From a virus: a stretch of 64,000 nt of DNA. Below the pieces are notes generated by a model that had not been told where the DNA came from, made no database searches, and saw only the letters and a list, made by a program, of their open reading frames with translations. Shown piece by piece: positions 29,642-39,846 of this stretch; position 1 is the first letter of the stretch, and the number at the start of each line of letters is the position of its first letter. Position numbers and translations under genes: made by a program. The DNA is taken from IMG/VR virus record IMGVR_UViG_3300023179_008905, positions 1 through 64,000 of that record; one strand, 5' to 3'.

Positions 29642-30174
29642 GAACAAAAACAGACTATGTAAGTAATACGATTAAAGATTTATTGGTATTAAAGCCAGGA
29701 ATCTTTCGTGATTATAGAGGAGAAAACGTTGAAACGTTTGATAAAGAATATAATCGTATTTCTTTAGCACACATTGATGAGTTTAGAAAAGAGAAATTAG
29801 AGTTTGTCGTAGATTCACTTTCCTTTTCTAGAAAAAATGTTCTTAGAGGATTCCATGGTGATACAAAAGCTTGGAAATTAGTTCAATGCATTCAAGGCAG
29901 CATTTACTTAGTAGTTATTGATACAAGAAAAGATTCTCCTACTTTTAAAAATATTGAAACATTTACTTTAGATGATAAAGATAGGCATCAAGTTCTCATT
30001 CCACGTGGTTGCGTTAATGCGCATTTATGCTTAACAGATACATGCACTTTTTTCTATAAATTAACACATGGCTATGTTAATCCTGAAGATCAAATTACTG
30101 TAAAATGGAATGATCCAAGTTATAATGTAAAATGGCCTATAGTTAACCCCATTTTATCATTAAGAGATTCATGA
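29635..30174 (+). CDS. rmlC: dTDP-4-dehydrorhamnose 3,5-epimerase family
   Basis: FRDYRG, NVLRGFHG, KLVQC..G, D.RKDSPT, WNDP, ILS.RD. Confidence 0.85.
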   Translation: MVRTKTDYVSNTIKDLLVLKPGIFRDYRGENVETFDKEYNRISLAHIDEFRKEKLEFVVDSLSFSRKNVLRGFHGDTKAWKLVQCIQGSIYLVVIDTRKDSPTFKNIETFTLDDKDRHQVLIPRGCVNAHLCLTDTCTFFYKLTHGYVNPEDQITVKWNDPSYNVKWPIVNPILSLRDS

Positions 30175-31112
30175 AAATATTAATTACCGGTGGTGCAGGG
30201 TATATTGGGTGTAAGCTTACGCAAGCTTTAGCCGATCATTATAAGACTGAAAAAGTAATTGTTTACGATAATTTAATGTACAAGCAAGATGGACTTTTTT
30301 CACTTCTTAGTCACCCTAAGATTGAATTTGTCTACGGTGATGTAAGGGAAGAACAAAAACTATCTAAATTAGTTAAAGAAGCTGATATCGTTATTCCTCT
30401 TGCTGCTATAGTAGGGTTCCCTGCCTGTGCAAAAGATCCTGATACTGCTAACAAAGTAAATAATTTACAAATACAAAATATTATTAAATGGGCTAACAAT
30501 GATACAAAAATAATTTACCCAAATACTAATAGTGGCTACGGTGTTGGCGTAGAAGGTGAATTCTGTACAGAAGAAACACCTCTTAATCCTATCTCGGTTT
30601 ACGGGGTAACAAAATGCGCGGCAGAAAAATCAGTTCTCGATTTTGGGGGGATATCTTTTAGGCTTGCTACAGTATTTGGTGTCTCACCTCGCTTTCGAAA
30701 AGATCTATTAGTAAATAGTTTTGTCTTAAAAGCACTAACAGACAAATATATTGTTTTGTTTGAGAGTCATTTTAAACGTAATTTTATACATGTAAACGAT
30801 GTTGTAAAAGCATTTATAGCAATGATACACAACTATAATAATTACAAGGGTCAAGCTTTTAATGTTGGCTTATCTACTGCAAACCTTTCAAAGCTTGAAT
30901 TGTGTGAAAAAATAAAACAATATATACCTGATTTTGTTATAACAACTAACGAATTTAATACAGATCAAGATAAACGAAATTATATTGTAAGTAATGAAAA
31001 ATTAGAGGCCATCGGTTGGAAGCCCGATTGTAGTCTAGATTATGGTATACAGGAGCTAATTAAAGCATATCCAGTTATTATAAATACGGATACTAAACAT
31101 ACTAACTTGTAA
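30171..31112 (+). CDS. NAD-dependent sugar epimerase/reductase (extended SDR)
   Basis: ITGGAGYIG, YGVTK, RLATVFG. Confidence 0.9.
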   Translation: MKILITGGAGYIGCKLTQALADHYKTEKVIVYDNLMYKQDGLFSLLSHPKIEFVYGDVREEQKLSKLVKEADIVIPLAAIVGFPACAKDPDTANKVNNLQIQNIIKWANNDTKIIYPNTNSGYGVGVEGEFCTEETPLNPISVYGVTKCAAEKSVLDFGGISFRLATVFGVSPRFRKDLLVNSFVLKALTDKYIVLFESHFKRNFIHVNDVVKAFIAMIHNYNNYKGQAFNVGLSTANLSKLELCEKIKQYIPDFVITTNEFNTDQDKRNYIVSNEKLEAIGWKPDCSLDYGIQELIKAYPVIINTDTKHTNL

Positions 31113-31138
31113 AAATTATAGCTTCACATATATAATAT

Positions 31139-32635
31139 ATGAGTTTAGATTTACTTGTTATTCACCCCAACGCTGCTAAAAAAATTTATCAAGGGCTAAG
31201 TAAAAGTTTTTCTGCCAAAGAGCCACCCATATGGGCAGGGCTTATAGCTAATTACATACGTAAGCATGGTCATTCTGTACAAATTTTAGATTGTGAAGCA
31301 TTAGAATATACTTTAGATGAAACACTTAGTGAAATAAGAAAACTTGATCCTAAGCTCGTGTGTACTGTAGCTTACGGTCAGCAGCCTTCAGCATCCACAC
31401 AAAATATGACTGGTGCTTTAAGCTTAATGCAGAAAATTGGCGCCGAAACAAACATTCCTAGAGTTTTCTCTGGTCCTCACCCTTCATCTCTTCCTGAGCT
31501 TACTCTTAAGCAAGACCCGGGTTGCTATGTCTGTGAAGGGGAAGGCCCTAAAACAGTTTTACATCTGTTAGAAGCTATTAAAAATAATGAAAAAGATTTA
31601 TCTAAAGTCCCGGGATTATGGTATAGTAGTGAAGCAGGTCCTATACGCAATGCACCAGCAACATTATTTAAAGATTTAGATAATGAACTACCTGGAGTTG
31701 CTTGGGATTTATTACCATTAGAAAAATATAGAACGGCTAATTGGCACAGTTGGACAAATAATAATAACACTCAGCCGTTTGCATCTATTTATACGAGCCT
31801 AGGCTGTCCTTTTCAATGCACGTTTTGTATGATTAATGCTCCGTTTAACGACGGTGATATTAAGAATAATGCGTTCAGACACTGGTCTCCGGAATTTATA
31901 ATTAAGCAGTTCGATTTTTTTGCAGAAAAAGGTATTAAGAATGTAAAGATAGCTGATGAAATGTTTGTTTATAAGCCTGCACATTTTATGAAGTTGTGTG
32001 AACTTATAATTGAACGTGGTTATAATTTTAATATGTGGGCTTATGCACGTGTAGACACAATTAGAGAAAAATATCTCGAAACACTTAAAAAGGCCGGTGT
32101 AAATTGGCTGGGTATTGGTATTGAATCTGCTAATAAGCTTGTTCGTCAGGAAGTTACTAAGGGCAAGTTTCAGGAAGTTAATATTCGCGACATAGTAAAA
32201 AAGGTATCGGATTCCGGTATTTGTGTAGGTGGTAATTATATTTTCGGTCTGCCAGGTGATACACACGAAACTATGCAAGAAACGTTAGATCTCGCTTTAG
32301 ACCTTAAAACAGAATATGCTAATTTTTACTGTGCTATGGCTTACCCCGGATCACAGCTTCATAGAGAAGCTGTAAAAAACCGTCCTCACGTATTACCTGA
32401 AAATAATGGAATTGGTTGGGTCGGTTATTCACAACATGCTTTTGAAACATTTAATTTACCCACCGATAAATTAACTAATAAAGAAATTTTACAATTTAGA
32501 GATAAAGCTTTTGAAACATATTTTACTAATCCGGACTATATAGCTAAAATGAAAGCAAAGTTTGGAGTTGCATTTGAAGAAGAATTAACTAGAATGTTAA
32601 GTATAAAGCTTGAAAGGAAGCTATTAACTGAATAA
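31139..32635 (+). CDS. B12-binding radical SAM enzyme
   Basis: N-terminal cobalamin-binding-like domain (GPHPS, GEG); GCPFQCTFC. Confidence 0.88.
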   Translation: MSLDLLVIHPNAAKKIYQGLSKSFSAKEPPIWAGLIANYIRKHGHSVQILDCEALEYTLDETLSEIRKLDPKLVCTVAYGQQPSASTQNMTGALSLMQKIGAETNIPRVFSGPHPSSLPELTLKQDPGCYVCEGEGPKTVLHLLEAIKNNEKDLSKVPGLWYSSEAGPIRNAPATLFKDLDNELPGVAWDLLPLEKYRTANWHSWTNNNNTQPFASIYTSLGCPFQCTFCMINAPFNDGDIKNNAFRHWSPEFIIKQFDFFAEKGIKNVKIADEMFVYKPAHFMKLCELIIERGYNFNMWAYARVDTIREKYLETLKKAGVNWLGIGIESANKLVRQEVTKGKFQEVNIRDIVKKVSDSGICVGGNYIFGLPGDTHETMQETLDLALDLKTEYANFYCAMAYPGSQLHREAVKNRPHVLPENNGIGWVGYSQHAFETFNLPTDKLTNKEILQFRDKAFETYFTNPDYIAKMKAKFGVAFEEELTRMLSIKLERKLLTE

Positions 32636-32638
32636 TTT

Positions 32639-33172
32639 ATGAAAAAAGCACTAATATTAACCTGGGACGGATACCAAGATCAAGAAGTAATTTACCCTTT
32701 TTATAGGCTAAAAGAGGAAAATTTTGATATTACTCTTTGCGCAGAAAAAGAAGGTCTATTTTATGGAATTCTTGGTACTAAAATGACTGCTAATGGTACT
32801 TGCAGTAGTATTAATACTAATAATGTACTAAACTATGATTTTCTATTGCTCCCTGGCGGTGTTAAAGCGCTAGAAAAAATCAGACAGCAAAAAAATATTT
32901 TAGACTCTATTACACACTACGTAAATTCAGGTCGAATTGTTGCTAGTACATGCCACGGTGCACAGCTATTAGTTTCTGCTAAGGTTGTTAAGGGTAGAAA
33001 GATTGCAGCATACTATAGTATTGAAGATGATATTAATAATTCTGGTGCTATATATACACGTGAGCCAGTAGTTATTGCAGATAATATTGTCTCATCTCCA
33101 CACTATGATCACATGGGCATTTGGATGAAGACTGCAATTGAACAATACTATAAGTGGGCTGATCGTAGTTGA
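32639..33172 (+). CDS. DJ-1/PfpI family protein
   Basis: DQEVIYP, LPGG, TCHG. Confidence 0.88.
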   Translation: MKKALILTWDGYQDQEVIYPFYRLKEENFDITLCAEKEGLFYGILGTKMTANGTCSSINTNNVLNYDFLLLPGGVKALEKIRQQKNILDSITHYVNSGRIVASTCHGAQLLVSAKVVKGRKIAAYYSIEDDINNSGAIYTREPVVIADNIVSSPHYDHMGIWMKTAIEQYYKWADRS

Positions 33173-33187
33173 TAGCTAAAATGGTAT

Positions 33188-33838
33188 ATGCATGATGCTA
33201 CCGATTTTAGGAATTACGTTATTCCTAAACCATGGGGTCATGAGTATATTATTTTTGAAAATAATTTCTTAAGTATTTGGTATTTGTTTATAAAAAGCGG
33301 TGCAAGCACCTCTCTTCATTGTCATCCTAAGAAAAAAACCGGGCTCGTTGTACTAGAGGGTACTGCTCGCTTTCATCTTATTGAAAGAGATTTTGAACTT
33401 CAAAGCAATCAAAAAGTTATGATAAGACCGGGCTCATTTCATAAGACAGAAAACAGAACAAATCAAAACTTGCATATTATAGAGGTTGAAACACCAAAAG
33501 ATAAAGAAAACTTAGTACGAATATCTGATCTTTATGGAAGGCAGAATAAAGCGTATGAGTCTGAAACATTAAAAAGAACTAATGAGTTTTTTATTCCTAA
33601 TGATAGCTTTTTAAAATTAGAATTTTTAAATAATAGTTTTGAAATTGTTTCTAATTTAATAACCCTTAACCCTAATGATTCGGATTTATTAGTTGTGTTA
33701 AGCCCTACCCTTTTTAAGCACCATGATCATGATTTATGTCCCGTAGGTGAAATTTTATCAGGTAAAACTTTTAAAAAATTGGCAATCGATTATACTATTG
33801 CTAAAAATGCACAAATACTTAAAATCTGTCACTTATGA
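33188..33838 (+). CDS. Cupin (mannose-6-phosphate isomerase type II-like)
   Basis: KPWGHE, SLHCH, EVETP, RISD.YGR. Confidence 0.78.
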   Translation: MHDATDFRNYVIPKPWGHEYIIFENNFLSIWYLFIKSGASTSLHCHPKKKTGLVVLEGTARFHLIERDFELQSNQKVMIRPGSFHKTENRTNQNLHIIEVETPKDKENLVRISDLYGRQNKAYESETLKRTNEFFIPNDSFLKLEFLNNSFEIVSNLITLNPNDSDLLVVLSPTLFKHHDHDLCPVGEILSGKTFKKLAIDYTIAKNAQILKICHL

Positions 33839-34323
33839 TACTTGACTATGATACTATTATTTTAGATTTAGATGATACTGTATGGCACGGTAGTGAAAAA
33901 AATATTTGGGCTAAGACATTAAGAGGTCAAATAACATTACAAAATGTAAATGATCAGAAAAGAGTATATGATGAAACGGGAAGATACCTATATCTTGACA
34001 AGGATATAGTTGTTTTTTTAAATAAATTAAAAAACGACTTTAAGCGAATTGAATTTATATCGCGCGGTATGCTGCCTTGTATTTCTTTTGATAAACAACC
34101 ATCGATAATTGCTCTTAAATATTTTGACATTTTTCATTTGTTTGATAAGCGTACTTTATTGTATAAGAACGAAAATAAAGGCCATCACATTATTTCTACC
34201 GGCAAAACAATTTTTATTGACGATAATGATATAGATGTCAATCGAGTGCAAAAATTACATAAAAATATTACTTGCATTAACAGAAATATATTTGATAATT
34301 GGATGCATCTTTATGAACGATAA
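33835..34323 (+). CDS. HAD phosphatase (MDP-1-like)
   Basis: DLDDTVW, FIDD. Confidence 0.75.
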   Translation: MILDYDTIILDLDDTVWHGSEKNIWAKTLRGQITLQNVNDQKRVYDETGRYLYLDKDIVVFLNKLKNDFKRIEFISRGMLPCISFDKQPSIIALKYFDIFHLFDKRTLLYKNENKGHHIISTGKTIFIDDNDIDVNRVQKLHKNITCINRNIFDNWMHLYER

Positions 34324-35164
34324 CGAAAGATTACAAATTTTTTCTGAAGCATGTAAATGCAGAGCGTTTGAAGAAATAGTATATAAGTATATAGAAAATA
34401 AAACATTTAAGTATCCTCTTTATCTTTCAGCTGGAGAAGAGTATATTGCATGCTCAGTTGCACATTTTACTAAGAAATATTCTCCATATATATTTGCACA
34501 ACACCGTGCACATAGCACGTATCTGGCGTTTGGTGGTGTAATACAAGAATTAATTGATGAGCTTTTAGGTAGGCCAACAGGTTGTTGTAAGGGTATGGGT
34601 GGATCAGCTTCTATACAATCAAAACATATAAAAATGTTTGGTCATGATGGTCTTATGGGCAGTCAAGTACCTATTGCTGTTGGTGCATGTCATGCTAATA
34701 GACACTTTACTGTTGCTATTATGGGCGATGCTGCAGCAGAAGAAGATTACGTAATGTCTGCTATAGCTTGGGCAGGCACTAAAAAGCTTCCTATTCTTTT
34801 TGTAATAGAAGATAATAATTTATCTATTTTAACAAAGAAGAATGTTAGACGTAACTGGAGTATGGTAGATTTTGCAAAGTCTGTTAATGTTAATGCAGCT
34901 GAAATTAGCGATGAGCCTACAAGCTTTGAGTCATGGTTAAGCGAAGAAAAGTTATTTAACAATTTACCGCTACTACTTAATGTAAATACAGATAGATTAT
35001 ATTGGCATGCAAATGCTGGCATCGATGTATACGAAAAAGTAGATAGATTTACAGAAGAGAAATTTGCACTAGAGAAGATTTTTGGAGATAAACCACTTTT
35101 AATGTTTAATGAAACAAAACATGAACTGGAGAAAATATGGCAAAAAACCTTAGAGATACAATAA
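34313..35164 (+). CDS. TPP-dependent dehydrogenase E1 alpha-like subunit
   Basis: YLSAGEE, HRAH, GMGGS, GDAA...EDN (GDG/N-type TPP motif); start MNDNE. Confidence 0.85.
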   Translation: MNDNERLQIFSEACKCRAFEEIVYKYIENKTFKYPLYLSAGEEYIACSVAHFTKKYSPYIFAQHRAHSTYLAFGGVIQELIDELLGRPTGCCKGMGGSASIQSKHIKMFGHDGLMGSQVPIAVGACHANRHFTVAIMGDAAAEEDYVMSAIAWAGTKKLPILFVIEDNNLSILTKKNVRRNWSMVDFAKSVNVNAAEISDEPTSFESWLSEEKLFNNLPLLLNVNTDRLYWHANAGIDVYEKVDRFTEEKFALEKIFGDKPLLMFNETKHELEKIWQKTLEIQ

Positions 35165-36039
35165 AAGAAATTTCTGCTTATCATCTGAGTAAAGGTAACA
35201 AACTTTACGGTCAATGTCTTACTGCTGTTGGCTGGGTTAACGGTACAGTACCAGAATTAACAGAAGAACAGGGTATAGTTGAGCTATCTATGGCTGATGT
35301 TATGGCAGGTGGGATTGTTACGGGCGCAGCACTAGCTGGTCAGCGACCTATTTACGTAGTACGCTATCAAGGATTTCAATGGTTTAATGCACCTATTATA
35401 GCTAATTATGCTGGTAAGAGTAAGGACATTTGGGGGATATCTTGTCCAGTGTTTATTAGATCTATTGCTATGGAAGGCGGTATAGGACCGGTTGCCGGTT
35501 CATCACACCATGGAATTTATTATCGTATGCCGGGTGTAAAGATAGCTTCACCTATGACACCTTTTGAGTATGAAGAAGTGTACAATTCGTTTATGCTAGA
35601 CGATATGCCTTACTATGTAAGTGAGCATAGAAAAAGTTATGAGTGCGATTATCGTTTAGAAGATATTGAATATGAAAATCCGGATATTTGTTTATTCCCG
35701 TTTTCTATTACTAGATTTGAATCAGTTAAAGCATCACAATCGCTAGCTAAACAAGGCATAAAAGTCAATGTATACCACCAGCTTTGGATTAACCCCTTAT
35801 TAATATCTGAGAACCAAAAAGATCAATTAAAGAAATCAAAATACGGCGGTATTGTTTTAGATGACGATTATCCGAATGGTATAGCCAAACAAGTTGCTTA
35901 TGAGTTGATGCTTGAGACAAACAAGCCAGTTAGAACTTTATGTATTAAAGAAAAGACAGCCGGCTTTCAGCCTGAGGACGACAACATGCCACCTACATCT
36001 ATTGAAATTGAAGAATATATACTTAAATTACTAAAATAA
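35137..36039 (+). CDS. TPP-dependent E1 beta/transketolase C-terminal-like subunit
   Basis: G.ALAG.RP, MPGVKIASP, EHR. Confidence 0.82.
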   Translation: MAKNLRDTIKEISAYHLSKGNKLYGQCLTAVGWVNGTVPELTEEQGIVELSMADVMAGGIVTGAALAGQRPIYVVRYQGFQWFNAPIIANYAGKSKDIWGISCPVFIRSIAMEGGIGPVAGSSHHGIYYRMPGVKIASPMTPFEYEEVYNSFMLDDMPYYVSEHRKSYECDYRLEDIEYENPDICLFPFSITRFESVKASQSLAKQGIKVNVYHQLWINPLLISENQKDQLKKSKYGGIVLDDDYPNGIAKQVAYELMLETNKPVRTLCIKEKTAGFQPEDDNMPPTSIEIEEYILKLLK

Positions 36040-37259
36040 TGAGCGCTGAAAAGTATTTGTTGATGGATGATAATATAACTCGTAATGATATTAACGAAGT
36101 TATAAAATTCCTACAACAAGACCCTTTGCCGCAGCTAACAAACGGACCAAAGGTACGAGAGTTTGAGCAAGCTTGGTCTAAGTGGTTAGGGGTAAAATAT
36201 AGCGTTTTTGTCAATTCAGGTACTATTGCAAATCAGCTAACTATGCTATTAGTACGCTATCTAAATAATAATAAAAACTTTTCACCACGAGTTATTGTTC
36301 CCCCGCTTACATGGGTTTCCGATATTGCATCAACATTGCAAAATGGTATCGAGCCTGTATTTTGTGATATAAATTTCTCTAACCTTAGCTTTGATAATAA
36401 AAAGCTTTTGCAAAAAATAGAAAAAATAAAACAAGATACTGGTGAATACCCAGCAGCAATTTTTCTTACACATATTTTAGGGCTTAATGGACTTACTGAT
36501 TATATTATTAACCTTTGTAAAGATAATAATATTTTGCTTATTGAAGATGTCTGTGAATCGCATGGAACGACTTTTAAAGGCCATAAAGTCGGTACTTTTG
36601 GAGATGTAAGTAATTTTAGTTTTTATTTTGCACATCACATGTCAACCATAGAAGGCGGTATTATTTGTACAAACAATGAACATTATTACAATTTGTTAAG
36701 AGCATTTAGATCTCATGGTATGGTGCGTGAATGTGATAGTTTAGAATTTAAAAATGATATTATTAAACAAAATCCTCAATTAAATTCTGATTTTATTTTT
36801 CTTGCGCCAGCTTTTAATGCTCGTAGTACAGAAATTAATGCTGTGCTAGGATTATCACAACTCAAAAAACTAGATAATAATAATGAGATTAGAAGACAAA
36901 ATTTTGATTATTTTATTTCTAATTTGGATGGTGAAAAATATATTAAAACATTTGACATTACAGGACAATGTAATTACGCATTTATTGTAATTCTTAAAAA
37001 CGGCAATATTGAAAAGCGTAATAAAGTAGAAGCTGTTTTAAAACAGAACAATATTGAATTTCGTAGAGGTCTTTCCGGGGGCGGCAGTCAAATTCAACAA
37101 CCATATTTAAGAAATTTTTATAAAAATTATTCTCAAATAAATTTATATGAATTCGACGTTATGAATTATATTCATGATCATTCCTGGTATATTGGTAATT
37201 ATCCTACACTTAAGAAAGAAAAAATAGATAGTCTTCTAAGCATCTTAAACGGTGTTTAA
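36039..37259 (+). CDS. DegT/DnrJ family PLP enzyme (sugar 3-dehydratase ColD/RfbH-like)
   Basis: FVNSGT.AN, EDVCESHG, FSFYFAHHMSTIEGG; His replaces the aminotransferase Lys, as in dehydratases. Confidence 0.85.
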   Translation: MSAEKYLLMDDNITRNDINEVIKFLQQDPLPQLTNGPKVREFEQAWSKWLGVKYSVFVNSGTIANQLTMLLVRYLNNNKNFSPRVIVPPLTWVSDIASTLQNGIEPVFCDINFSNLSFDNKKLLQKIEKIKQDTGEYPAAIFLTHILGLNGLTDYIINLCKDNNILLIEDVCESHGTTFKGHKVGTFGDVSNFSFYFAHHMSTIEGGIICTNNEHYYNLLRAFRSHGMVRECDSLEFKNDIIKQNPQLNSDFIFLAPAFNARSTEINAVLGLSQLKKLDNNNEIRRQNFDYFISNLDGEKYIKTFDITGQCNYAFIVILKNGNIEKRNKVEAVLKQNNIEFRRGLSGGGSQIQQPYLRNFYKNYSQINLYEFDVMNYIHDHSWYIGNYPTLKKEKIDSLLSILNGV

Positions 37260-37264
37260 TCATT

Positions 37265-38188
37265 ATGAAATACCTAGTGGTATTTAATACATGCGAACTT
37301 AAGGGACCGAATTTTAAGTGGTATGAATCCTGTTTAGATAATCTCCTCAAAGTAAAATCAGATCAATATGAATACGATATTGCGGTTTCTGGTTGCATGA
37401 TAACACCCGATACACAAGAAAAACTGTTAAAAAAATATAAAAATAAAATAATCTTTAATTTTATAGAATGTAAGCTTACGGTAAATGTGACTTTTAATCA
37501 TACAATTAATAAAATAGTTGAGCAACGCGGCAGATATGATGGGTATGTATATTTTGATTCTGGTGTTAATATTAATGACAATTTACATTATCTTGACGAA
37601 ATACATTCTCGCTTTGCTACTAAAAAATATGGTATGGTAACGCTACAGACCGATACCGATACAGGTTTTTATTTTCTTGGATTGTATGGTTATTTTTACG
37701 ACCACGATTACATTGTACCAGTTGGCAAGGCATGTAATCTACATGTAACTTGTTTTAGCGATAAGCTTCTTCAATACTATAACAAACTTATACCTGATAT
37801 ATTTTTAGCTTATTGTACAGAATCGGTTTTTAGCTTTTTAAATGCGGCATTAAATTTGCGTTGGATTATTGTAAAAGATCTTATTTTGGAGCACAAAAAA
37901 TCTATTGATGGCGCTTCTGCTGGATTTGATCATGTAGGAAAAAAGGAGCACTGGAATAATCTTTACGGTGGTCTAGATATGCTTGATATTATTAAAGACC
38001 CAGAAGCAAGAAGATTAGGTCTAGGATATGAAGAGATTAATCACATCATGATGCATGATGTTGAAGCATTTACACACTACGGACATGCTAAAAATAATGG
38101 GTTAAAAGACTATATAAAAGAAAAACTTTTTCTAAAAGATAGAATGCTTAACTATAATCATATTCCTTTTAAATTTTATAATATTTAG
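37265..38188 (+). CDS. Putative GT-A glycosyltransferase, paralog 1
   Basis: VNVTFN, YFDSG, YCTES; inside the sugar cluster. Confidence 0.55.
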   Translation: MKYLVVFNTCELKGPNFKWYESCLDNLLKVKSDQYEYDIAVSGCMITPDTQEKLLKKYKNKIIFNFIECKLTVNVTFNHTINKIVEQRGRYDGYVYFDSGVNINDNLHYLDEIHSRFATKKYGMVTLQTDTDTGFYFLGLYGYFYDHDYIVPVGKACNLHVTCFSDKLLQYYNKLIPDIFLAYCTESVFSFLNAALNLRWIIVKDLILEHKKSIDGASAGFDHVGKKEHWNNLYGGLDMLDIIKDPEARRLGLGYEEINHIMMHDVEAFTHYGHAKNNGLKDYIKEKLFLKDRMLNYNHIPFKFYNI

Positions 38189-38216
38189 TATTTCTTTTTT
38201 GATAAATATATTAAGT

Positions 38217-39143
38217 ATGAAATACTTAGGAGTATATAACATTTGTGAACGTAAGCATAAAAATTATGAGTGGTATGAGTCATGCATAGATAATCTTTTA
38301 AGAGTAAAATCTGATCAATATGATTACGATATTGCGGTCTCCGGGTGCATGGTTTCAGCCGAAACGCAAGAAAAATTGTTAGCTCGCTACAAAGATAAAG
38401 TTTTTTTATACTTTACAGATGAAAATTTTACAGTTAATGTTACCTTTAATCATGCTGTAAATAAAATTGTCGAAGAAAAGGGAAGATATGATGGTTACAT
38501 TTATTTTGATTCAGGAATTAACATTCACGATAATATAAACTATCTAGATGAAATACATTCAAGATTTGTAACTGGTGAATTTGGTATGGTCACCGTACAG
38601 ACCGACACAGATACAGGGTTTCATTTTGTAGGGAGATCTAACAGCCATTTTCGTGATGAGGATTATATAATACCTGTTGGTAAAGCTGTAAATTTACATG
38701 TAACTTGCTTTAATGATAAATTGCTGCAATATTACGGAAAAGTAATACCCGATATATTTTTAGCATATTGCACAGAATCGGTTTTTAGCTTTCTTAATGC
38801 TGCATTACATTTAAAATGGGTCATTGTAAAAGATCTTATTGTCGCTCACAAGGCTGTTGATGGCGGTTCTTCCGGGTTTTGTCATTACGGTAAAAAGTCT
38901 TGTCCGTGGAACAACGTCTTCGGCGATTTAGATATGAACGATATTATTAATGATCCGGAAGCAAAAAGATTGGGACTGGGGTATGAAGAAATCGGCAATG
39001 TAATGATCCATGATGAAAATGCTTTTACTTCTGAAGGTTTTGCCAAGTATGATGAGCTTAAAGTTTACATAAAAGAAAAACTCTATTTATCAAAACAAAT
39101 GCTGGACTATGATAAAATTGAGTTTAAATTTTATAGTAAATGA
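38217..39143 (+). CDS. Putative GT-A glycosyltransferase, paralog 2
   Basis: Clear tandem paralog of 37265-38188; start MKYLG with TAAATA upstream. Confidence 0.55.
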   Translation: MKYLGVYNICERKHKNYEWYESCIDNLLRVKSDQYDYDIAVSGCMVSAETQEKLLARYKDKVFLYFTDENFTVNVTFNHAVNKIVEEKGRYDGYIYFDSGINIHDNINYLDEIHSRFVTGEFGMVTVQTDTDTGFHFVGRSNSHFRDEDYIIPVGKAVNLHVTCFNDKLLQYYGKVIPDIFLAYCTESVFSFLNAALHLKWVIVKDLIVAHKAVDGGSSGFCHYGKKSCPWNNVFGDLDMNDIINDPEAKRLGLGYEEIGNVMIHDENAFTSEGFAKYDELKVYIKEKLYLSKQMLDYDKIEFKFYSK

Positions 39144-39844
39144 AGTTTAGTATTCTTGTCCCTACTAGAAAAAGAGTTAAGAATATAAAAAATTTAGTTC
39201 AGTCGGTATATTCTACAACTAAAAATCTTAACAATATAGAATTATTGTTTTATGTTGACAAAGATGACATTGAAACTCAAAATTTTTTTGATCAAGAGAA
39301 AGTAAAGCCTAGGTTTACACATCTTATATCTACAAAAGTTATTGTACAAGAAAGACAGCCTACATTTGGTGAAACAAATAATGTTCTCTATAGAGCTAGT
39401 ACAGGTGATATTATAATGATGGCTGCTGATGATGTATGCTTTAGGACACAAAATTGGGATGAAATTGTTGCTAGTGAATTTGAGAAATATCCCGATAATA
39501 TTGCTCTTGTTTTTGGTTATGATGGTATTCAGCCTCCTGGTACTTTAGCCACACACAGCTTTGTATCTAGAAAAGCTATAGATATATTAGGTTATGTTAC
39601 GCCAAGCGATTTTGGCTATAACTATGCTGATAATTGGATTACAGAAATCTATAGACAAGTCAATAGATTAATTTATATACCGGTATACTTTGAACATTGT
39701 CATTGGGGAATTGGGAAAGCTCCTTTTGATGAGACATATGAACGCGGCTCTCATGCACCGCATGATAACAGTATAAAAATTTGGGAAGATAAAGCTCGTT
39801 TAAATAGAGATATTGAACGTTTAAAATTACACATAAATAAATAA
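39140..39844 (+). CDS. GT2 glycosyltransferase
   Basis: SILVPTR.R, YVDKDD, AADD. Confidence 0.8.
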   Translation: MKFSILVPTRKRVKNIKNLVQSVYSTTKNLNNIELLFYVDKDDIETQNFFDQEKVKPRFTHLISTKVIVQERQPTFGETNNVLYRASTGDIIMMAADDVCFRTQNWDEIVASEFEKYPDNIALVFGYDGIQPPGTLATHSFVSRKAIDILGYVTPSDFGYNYADNWITEIYRQVNRLIYIPVYFEHCHWGIGKAPFDETYERGSHAPHDNSIKIWEDKARLNRDIERLKLHINK

Positions 39845-39846
39845 TA

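Noticed and set aside
34313-36039. Pyruvate dehydrogenase as a central-metabolism auxiliary gene
   Set aside because: No E2/E3 in the window, the subunits are divergent, and they are embedded in an NDP-sugar cluster
37265-39143. Repeat pair as a possible diversity-generating retroelement TR/VR
   Set aside because: Both copies are full ORFs that differ at all base types, and no reverse transcriptase is in the window; this is an ordinary gene duplication
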